From positions 1-43,150 of the forward strand of contig JBPCUI010000245.1 in NCBI GenBank assembly GCA_051011235.1: a DNA stretch of 43,150 nt, read 5' to 3'. Positions 36,820-43,150 of this stretch are shown here, piece after piece; positions within the stretch are counted from its first letter, which is position 1; each line of letters starts with the position of its first letter. A program made the position numbers and the translations under genes. Origin of the DNA: Flavobacteriaceae bacterium (lineage in GTDB: Bacteria; Bacteroidota; Bacteroidia; Flavobacteriales; Flavobacteriaceae). The notes under the pieces are model-generated. The model saw only the letters and a list, made by a program, of their open reading frames with translations. It ran no database searches and was not told the origin of the DNA.

Positions 36820-39800
36820 ATGCGCTTAGCCTGCACTACAGCCCTTCTGTGTATTTCTTTTGTCCTGTTTTCACAGGAAAGAAACAGCCTTTTATGGGAG
36901 ATTTCCGGTAATGGACTGGAACAGTCTTCTTATCTCTACGGTACGATGCACGTGAGTAAGAAAATTGCTTTTAGGCTCGACGATGTGTTTTTTGAAGCAT
37001 TGAATAGGAGTGAAGTCATCGCCCTGGAGTCCGATCCGGATACCTGGCTCGATAACGAAATTCACAATAGTCCTGATGGTGGTGGATTTGGATACGGTTT
37101 TGATCCTAAAGGATTCTATAGAGAAGCCTTTGTTTTAGACCCACCCGATATAAAGGATCTGGCATCTTATCTCGCCTTTGACGACCGCCTTATTAACAAT
37201 ATTCTTTACCGCACCAATGAGTACGCCCAAAACTTTCAGGAAGAGACCTATTTGGATATGTTCATATACCAGGCTGGAGCCAAATTTGGTAAACCTATAG
37301 CCGCGCTGGAAAATCTTGAAGAATCTTCCACATTGGTAGCAAGGGCCAGTATGAACGCCATGAAACACAAGCCCGATGAATGGCTTCAAAAGAAAATGCA
37401 GGGTCAGGACCTGAATTATCTTATGCAAGATGCTTATAGAGAGCGGAATATTGATTTGCTCGACAGTATTGACCGGGCTATGTACACGGATTACTACCGA
37501 AAAAATATGCTCTATATCCGTAATGAGAACATGACCGCCAGCCTCGACAGTTTAATGCAGGGGGCTAAGGTTTTTGCGGGCATAGGTGCTGCTCACCTCC
37601 CGGGAGATCGCGGTGTTATTCAACTTCTTAAAAATAAAGGATACAGCGTAGAGCCTCTGGTTTCAGGCGCCACTCAGAATGGCAGACAACTGAAACATAT
37701 GTTTGAAAAGAAATTGAGACAGACGCCATTGCAAATGACAGGGCCGGAAGATGGTAGTTTTAGCATGCTTCTTCCCAATAAACTATATCCGGTCTCCGAA
37801 AATAGGACAACGGTCTATGTTTCGCCAGACCTTGCCAATGGGAGCTATTTAATGGTCAATAGGATTCCCACTTACTCTTTCCTTAAAGAAGTGACGTACT
37901 CCTTACAGGACATCGAAACACTTCTATTTGAAAATATACCAGGAGAAATCAAAAAAACATCCCGCCTGGATAAAAATGGCATTGCAGGCCTGGATATTAT
38001 TAACCAATTAAAAAATGGAGATTATCAACGGTACCAGATTTATATAAAGCCGCTGGAAATATTGATCTTTAAAATGGCCGGAGAAGGTGATTACGTACAT
38101 CTTTATTCTGATCGGATTTTCAACAGTCTTAAATTCACAACCTCATCACCCAAAAAAGTGATGATGCAATCTGCTTATTCCGACTTTAAGATCAAAATCC
38201 CGCGGGATCTCAGTTTTTACAATCCCTCCCGCAGCGGTGTGCGAATGATCGAAGCCTACGACCCACTCACCGGATCTTATTATTTCCTGAGACGTGTGAG
38301 CCTGATTGATTTCAAATCCATTGAAGAAGATGAATTTGAATTAAAACAGATCCAGAAAAGGTTTTATCAAGACCTGGAACTAGAAGGTATTTTTGATAAA
38401 CCCGAGGAAAAATCTCTAAGATCCCAGGCAGTATTTGATCATGAAGAAGGCAAGATCCTGCATCTTAAAACAAGCTTGAACCGAGGTGACTATTACCTTC
38501 TTGGAATCCTCACCGATCAGAATTCCGAAGCCAATGCTTACTTCAAATCCTTTGAGCTAAGGGAGGAAACTTATCCCGAAAAATTTAAACAAATAAGGGA
38601 TACTGCAATGCTTTTTACTACAATTTCACCGGTGAAACCAAAGAGATTTGTGGAAAACAGCAATGGATATTTCAGAAGACAGACCAAAACAAAAACCTAT
38701 AATCCGTTCACTAAAAAGACACGTTATCAGAATAGAAATAACGAAGCCATTACAGTTGAACTAAACAAGGGGCACGACCTGCTATCCTTTCCTCATGTAG
38801 ATTCTCTCTGGTCTCTAAGAACCAAGCAGTACCAGAAAAAGGGATTTGACATAATCAGGCAGAAAGTTAGTTCCGAGGATAATGGAGTACGGGAATTACA
38901 ATTCATCGCCACCGATACACTCAGCACCCGTGGTATCCTTGTGAAGAATGTGGTTAAGGGCGGTGTACTTTACGAATTAAAGAGCCTGGTAGACACGGTT
39001 GGGGTTCCCAGTAGATTTGTCTCGGATTTCTTTGATAATTTTCAGCCATTGGATACGCTGGTAGGTAAGGATTTTATCAAGGACAAAACGGTGGAGTTCT
39101 TTGCTGCACTTAGAAAAAAGGACAGTATCGTGCTGAAAGGCTACCGTTTCCCTTACTACAATGAAACCCACATTGACTCACTGCAACACTTCATTGCAAA
39201 ATTTGCTTTTGACAATGATACCAGGCATATTCAATCTCACTTAATTCAAAAACTTGGCACTATTGAGACAAAGGGGAAGTGGACATTTTTTACCCGGTTT
39301 TATGATTTGTGCTATGGCAATTCGATGGCACAGGTAAAAATTCTTCAGGCATTGTCGAAACAACAAAAGGAATCCTCTACGAAGTTGCTTTTGGAATTGA
39401 TGGCCAAAGATTTACCCCTGGTAGCAAATACAAAAGAAATACGGAAAATATTTAACCCATATCACGAAGATCTGAGTCAAGCCAGATCTCTTTTTCCACA
39501 ACTGCTTGAATACAGCAGTGTACATGAGTATAAAGTGGAGATTATCTCGCTATTAGCCGATCTGAAATCAGAAAATCTGATCAAAAGCAGTTCCTATAGA
39601 AAGTACCTGGATCTTATGATCACCGATGCCAGAATTCAACTGAAAAGGCATTTGGGCAGACAGGGCAGTTTTCACCTCCAACGATCATCACAACAACTTT
39701 CTCGGAAACAGAATAACGAGATCCTTGAAGACTATGCAATCCTGTTGTTCCCGTATTTTAAGGATAAGGTTGTCCAACAATTCTTTACTCATCTAATCGA

Positions 39801-40341
39801 GGTAAAGGCCCCAAGTGTGAGGGCAACTTATGCCAGTTTAATGGCGGCTGAAGACGAGCATACCCCTCTTGCTTTTATAGATTCACTTGCCGGAGACATC
39901 AACAGCCGTGCGTTAATTTTTAATAGGCTGAAATCTATAAATAAGTTAACCCTATTCCCAGAATTGTACTACGTTCAGGAAGCCCTGGCCGAAAGTGCAT
40001 TATTTGAGGATCGTAATTTTATTGCAAGTAAAGATGAGGTGATCTACTTAGGAAACAAACCTCTTGAATACCAGGGGACTAATTATACCGGTTACTTTTT
40101 CAAATTGAAGAGCAAGCAGGACTTTGACAAGAACTACAAGCTGCACCTTGTAATCTACGAATCGGGCAAGCAGATCGGGACCAAATATTTTTTTAAGAAT
40201 GACGGCTATAGAATGAGTGATATGGATACAGATGAGAGCGCTATGGAATACGTGACAGAAGAATTCCTGCTAAAGGACAGAAGCCGTGCCCTTGTATATC
40301 ATCCGGAAGCCGAGATGACCTATAGCCGACTAGGATTCTAA
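36820..40341 (+). CDS. TraB/GumN family protein with a ~880-aa uncharacterised C-terminal extension
   Basis: It has a signal peptide and GumN motifs LWEISG...YLYGTMHV and GIGAAHLPG within the first ~285 aa. I recognised nothing in the remainder. The product is 1173 aa. Confidence 0.75.
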   Translation: MRLACTTALLCISFVLFSQERNSLLWEISGNGLEQSSYLYGTMHVSKKIAFRLDDVFFEALNRSEVIALESDPDTWLDNEIHNSPDGGGFGYGFDPKGFYREAFVLDPPDIKDLASYLAFDDRLINNILYRTNEYAQNFQEETYLDMFIYQAGAKFGKPIAALENLEESSTLVARASMNAMKHKPDEWLQKKMQGQDLNYLMQDAYRERNIDLLDSIDRAMYTDYYRKNMLYIRNENMTASLDSLMQGAKVFAGIGAAHLPGDRGVIQLLKNKGYSVEPLVSGATQNGRQLKHMFEKKLRQTPLQMTGPEDGSFSMLLPNKLYPVSENRTTVYVSPDLANGSYLMVNRIPTYSFLKEVTYSLQDIETLLFENIPGEIKKTSRLDKNGIAGLDIINQLKNGDYQRYQIYIKPLEILIFKMAGEGDYVHLYSDRIFNSLKFTTSSPKKVMMQSAYSDFKIKIPRDLSFYNPSRSGVRMIEAYDPLTGSYYFLRRVSLIDFKSIEEDEFELKQIQKRFYQDLELEGIFDKPEEKSLRSQAVFDHEEGKILHLKTSLNRGDYYLLGILTDQNSEANAYFKSFELREETYPEKFKQIRDTAMLFTTISPVKPKRFVENSNGYFRRQTKTKTYNPFTKKTRYQNRNNEAITVELNKGHDLLSFPHVDSLWSLRTKQYQKKGFDIIRQKVSSEDNGVRELQFIATDTLSTRGILVKNVVKGGVLYELKSLVDTVGVPSRFVSDFFDNFQPLDTLVGKDFIKDKTVEFFAALRKKDSIVLKGYRFPYYNETHIDSLQHFIAKFAFDNDTRHIQSHLIQKLGTIETKGKWTFFTRFYDLCYGNSMAQVKILQALSKQQKESSTKLLLELMAKDLPLVANTKEIRKIFNPYHEDLSQARSLFPQLLEYSSVHEYKVEIISLLADLKSENLIKSSSYRKYLDLMITDARIQLKRHLGRQGSFHLQRSSQQLSRKQNNEILEDYAILLFPYFKDKVVQQFFTHLIEVKAPSVRATYASLMAAEDEHTPLAFIDSLAGDINSRALIFNRLKSINKLTLFPELYYVQEALAESALFEDRNFIASKDEVIYLGNKPLEYQGTNYTGYFFKLKSKQDFDKNYKLHLVIYESGKQIGTKYFFKNDGYRMSDMDTDESAMEYVTEEFLLKDRSRALVYHPEAEMTYSRLGF

Positions 40342-40370
40342 TTTGTAATTTTATATAAAATTTCACCCAA

Positions 40371-41210
40371 GTGCGATACATTTTTACACTCATTACTGTT
40401 CTCCAATTTACGATTGATTCAAATGCACAGCAGATAAGCTTTACAGAAGAAGACCGGCAGGCATATGAGCAAAAAATAGCACAGATCCAATCTTTGGATG
40501 ACCCTGAAATGGGAAAAACTGTTGTGGCTGTTGGCAATTCATTTAGTGGCACTCCATATATTGCCCAATCTTTGGAAATCAACGAAGAAGAACGATTGGT
40601 AATTAATTTAAGGGCTTTTGATTGTACCACCTATGTTGAAAATGTGCTAGCGTTCACGCTTCTGCTCAAAAAGGAAGAGATGGATTTTAATGCATTTACC
40701 AGCGTTTTACAGAATATCCGTTACAGGGACGGTGAAATTTCGGGTTATGCTTCAAGATTAAATTACTTTTCCGAATGGCTTTATAACAATGAGGCAAAAG
40801 GCTTAGTCAAAAACATTACTTCAGAAATAGGTGGTTTACCGCTGCACAAAGAGATCAATTTTATGTCTTCACACAGAGATTTATATCCCATGCTCGAGGA
40901 GAAATCGAGTTATGATCGCATAATGGCCACTGAAGTCTATCTCAGTCAGAAAACAATGTCCTATTTACCAAGAGAACAGGTCAGAAAATCCGAATCCCTG
41001 ATTAAAGATGGAGACATCATCGCCTTAGCCACATCCATTGACGGCCTTGATGTTACACATACCGGATTTGCAATTCGAAAAAGTAACGACCGCATTTATT
41101 TGCTACATGCATCTGCATCCGGAAAAGTGGAGATTTCAAAAAAACCACTTTCCGAATATCTGAAAGGCATTAAGAGCAATACAGGCATTATTGTAGCCAG
41201 GCCACAATAA
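40371..41210 (+). CDS. DUF1460 (amidase-like) domain protein, secreted
   Basis: It has a GTG start and a signal peptide. The motif LRAFDCTTYVENVLA is characteristic of DUF1460. Confidence 0.75.
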   Translation: MRYIFTLITVLQFTIDSNAQQISFTEEDRQAYEQKIAQIQSLDDPEMGKTVVAVGNSFSGTPYIAQSLEINEEERLVINLRAFDCTTYVENVLAFTLLLKKEEMDFNAFTSVLQNIRYRDGEISGYASRLNYFSEWLYNNEAKGLVKNITSEIGGLPLHKEINFMSSHRDLYPMLEEKSSYDRIMATEVYLSQKTMSYLPREQVRKSESLIKDGDIIALATSIDGLDVTHTGFAIRKSNDRIYLLHASASGKVEISKKPLSEYLKGIKSNTGIIVARPQ

Positions 41211-41252
41211 TCCTCTGGCTGTTGTGGTTGAAGAAACCTTATTTTTCAAAAT

Positions 41253-42020
41253 TTATCTGCCCAGACAATACGCTATCCCTCCCAGCAGGTGTTGTTGAAA
41301 ATCGGGCTCGTCAAAAGAAGCCTCGGTATGTCCTCCGCCAGTATAAAAAACACGGCCACCGTCAAATTCGTGGTACCAGGCAATCGGATGGAAATCGCCG
41401 TTGGTACCGCCTTCGTATGAAGTCTCGTCTAAAGTTATCAGCACATTGATATCAGGATTGATATTCCTGAAATTGTACCATTCGTCACTTCGAAGCCATG
41501 GGTCATTTAAATGGGCAGTAGACCCATGACTATTATCCATAACTTTTAATACCGCGTCCCGCACGTTTGGATTATTTGGATGACTTTCGAAATAAGCGCC
41601 GACCAATTCACCATACCAGGGCCAATTGTATTCAGTATCGGTCGCGGCATGGATACCCATAAAGCTGCCTCCATTGTTTATATATGTTTTAAAAGCCTGT
41701 TCCTGCTCCGTATTGAGAATGTTCCGGGTAGTACTCAGAAAAACGACCAGGTCATATGCTGATAAGCCATCTGAACTAAAGACTGTTGCATCCTCCGTTT
41801 GTGTGATCTCAAAATTGTACTGAGAGCCTAAGTTCATCAAAGTAGTTACACCTTTTTCAATAGACTGGTGTCTGAAACCTGCAGTTTTTGTAAATACCAG
41901 GAGTTGGGCTAATTCCTGATCGTCTATGATCTGCGGCTCCTCGTCAGATTGTGGTTGACATTGCAATAACAGACAGCTGAAAACAAGGCAGACCGTAAAA
42001 CTAAATTCAATTCGTTTCAT
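41253..42020 (-). CDS. ThuA (trehalose utilisation-like) domain protein, lipoprotein-like signal
   Basis: The sequence LVFTKTAGFRHQSI...GGSFMGIHAATD is typical of ThuA-like class-I glutamine amidotransferase-like proteins. Confidence 0.8.
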   Translation of the reverse strand: MKRIEFSFTVCLVFSCLLLQCQPQSDEEPQIIDDQELAQLLVFTKTAGFRHQSIEKGVTTLMNLGSQYNFEITQTEDATVFSSDGLSAYDLVVFLSTTRNILNTEQEQAFKTYINNGGSFMGIHAATDTEYNWPWYGELVGAYFESHPNNPNVRDAVLKVMDNSHGSTAHLNDPWLRSDEWYNFRNINPDINVLITLDETSYEGGTNGDFHPIAWYHEFDGGRVFYTGGGHTEASFDEPDFQQHLLGGIAYCLGR

Positions 42021-42070
42021 AGATTTTAAAATTAATGAAGCTATAAATATCTGCCCAATCCTTGAATAAA

Positions 42071-42955
42071 TCAGGTGAGTGACATTAAGTATTTCTTAGG
42101 TGTTGTACCGTATTTCTTTTTAAAGGCTGCAATAAAATGACTCGCTGTACTGTACCCCACACGGTGGCCTACTTCGTTCACGTTGTACTGACCGGAATCG
42201 AGCATCTTGCGTGCATAGTCCATCTTGTATTCAAATAAAAAGCTATAGACGGGTTCGCCATAAACCTGTTTAAAACCTTCTTTAAGTTTTTTAAGTGGAA
42301 GACCAATTTGTTCGGCGAGTTCGCTCAATGAAGGGGGTTCTGTCATTTGTTCAATTATGATCTCTTTGGCTTTACGAATCCGTCGTACATTATCTTCGTC
42401 GACCAGAAACGGGCAATTTTCAGCGTCCGTATCAACATTGCGGTTAAAGTAAAGCGACATTAATTCGTAAACTTTCGCCCTTATATAGAGTTCCTTTACC
42501 GAAGGGTGGAGGTTAAAATTGATAATTTGACTAAGGATTACCGAAATGGCCGGAGTAATCTCTTCCTGGGCGTAATACTTTTTGTCTTTATTTTCTCCGC
42601 TTAAGAAATGAATGTAATCCGCTTCTTTTGAAAACAGTCCATGAAATTTTCTAATAGTCATTACAACGGATACCAGCCAGCTCTGTGGCTGCAATTCGAG
42701 ATTTAACGGAAGATCCTGTTGCGGGTTGTACAGCAAAAGCGAATTCTCGTCGTTCACTTCCAGAGCGTAATGCCCCTGGTTAAAGATAAATTTACCGCTG
42801 CCTTTTAAGCAAAAGTGTACCTGAATATAACTTTGGTCTATATCTCTGCTAATGCGCTGAATATCTGCACTTTCATTCTGGATTTTAAGGATGTAAAATC
42901 CTTCTTCCAAGACGGTTTCCTGATACGAACCGCGAGCGACATTTTTAGTGGTCAT
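42071..42955 (-). CDS. AraC family transcriptional regulator
   Basis: The C-terminus has a double HTH (LSELAEQIGLP..., VNEVGHRVGYSTASHFIAAFKKKYGTTPKKY). Confidence 0.9.
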   Translation of the reverse strand: MTTKNVARGSYQETVLEEGFYILKIQNESADIQRISRDIDQSYIQVHFCLKGSGKFIFNQGHYALEVNDENSLLLYNPQQDLPLNLELQPQSWLVSVVMTIRKFHGLFSKEADYIHFLSGENKDKKYYAQEEITPAISVILSQIINFNLHPSVKELYIRAKVYELMSLYFNRNVDTDAENCPFLVDEDNVRRIRKAKEIIIEQMTEPPSLSELAEQIGLPLKKLKEGFKQVYGEPVYSFLFEYKMDYARKMLDSGQYNVNEVGHRVGYSTASHFIAAFKKKYGTTPKKYLMSLT

Positions 42956-42978
42956 GAGAGATCTTTTTATTGAATTTT

Positions 42979-42997
42979 ATTTAGAACTGTTCTAAAT
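42979..42997. promoter_or_regulatory. 19-bp perfect palindrome ATTTAGAAC-T-GTTCTAAAT (candidate operator)
   Basis: I read this directly from the sequence, 24 nt upstream of the AraC-family start. An extra half-site TTAGAAC lies at 43076-43082. Confidence 0.35.
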
Positions 42998-43150
42998 TAT
43001 GTAACTGCTTACGCTAATGTTTAAAGCAAATGTAGGATATTCATGTGAATTCCGGGTTTTTTGTCAGGCAAAAACTTAGAACGATATTATTTGTACCTCC
43101 AGCGTTATTTTTGCCCGATAACTCCTTTTATTTTTGCTTTGCTTAATTGA

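Noticed and set aside
13073-40630. Long antisense or alternative-frame ORFs lie inside confident genes. Examples are 13073..13405(-), 14822..15256(-), 18469..18837(-), 21922..22317(+), 23645..24001(+), 30990..31406(+) and 40241..40630(-).
   Set aside because: Each lies opposite to, or out of frame with, a gene carrying clear family motifs. Their translations are compositionally odd (Cys/Arg/Ser-rich or low complexity). This is the expected by-product of codon bias, and there is no independent support.
41195-41227. Interleaved complementary segments AGCCAG/CTGGCT and CCACAA/TTGTGG lie between the convergent DUF1460 and ThuA genes. They could be a pseudoknot or a bidirectional terminator.
   Set aside because: The stems are only 6 bp and partly inside the DUF1460 coding end. 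There is no adjacent U-tract on either strand, so the element is not distinguishable from chance.
1-43150. I searched by eye for tRNA/rRNA, CRISPR repeats, IS/transposase or integrase genes, phage genes, toxin-antitoxin pairs and known defence-system domains.
   Set aside because: I found none. There are no periodic repeat arrays and no T-loop-like GGTTCGAATCC outside coding sequence. Every large ORF is accounted for by a housekeeping or conserved-hypothetical family. A proper tRNAscan/Infernal/DefenseFinder run would be needed to make this definitive.

Overview
This window looks like an ordinary chromosomal segment of a Flavobacteriia-type (Bacteroidota) genome. The evidence is that several genes are preceded by the Bacteroidota -7 promoter motif TAnnTTTG, no Shine-Dalgarno sequences are obvious, and the gene content is typical (HemJ, DUF3109, a TPR/LytS-type kinase with a LytTR regulator, Asp-box/sortilin-like proteins). 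I support 34 conventional protein-coding genes. They include a GMC oxidoreductase trio, the nrdB-nrdA class Ia ribonucleotide reductase, a LytTR two-component pair, an S41 protease, dCMP deaminase, a DjlA-like J-protein, bacilliredoxin, a PlsC-like acyltransferase, an HD hydrolase, a PA0069-type radical SAM protein, a crotonase, an orphan histidine kinase, HemJ, two tandem ~1040-aa Asp-box proteins, bestrophin, MATE, ferrochelatase, a 1173-aa TraB/GumN protein, DUF1460, ThuA and AraC. I found no tRNA/rRNA, CRISPR array, transposase/integrase, phage gene or recognisable defence gene, so I cannot point to a clear novel multi-gene system. The two best leads are both made of elements too small for the ORF track. 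(1) The accessory-looking, AT-rich locus at 7.4-12.4 kb has a perfect 9-bp direct repeat with a 12-bp spacer, which is the LytTR operator geometry. It sits between the LytTR regulator/TPR-kinase pair and a divergent run of three signal-peptide proteins that starts with an unannotated 49-aa acidic secreted peptide. (2) Two tandem, similar 29-aa hydrophobic mini-ORFs lie in the otherwise empty 600-bp region downstream of nrdA; they could be small membrane proteins or type-I-toxin-like peptides. Other observations are candidate terminators, attenuators and operators that I read directly from the sequence. All functional calls rest on motif and family recognition by eye, because no searches were run.
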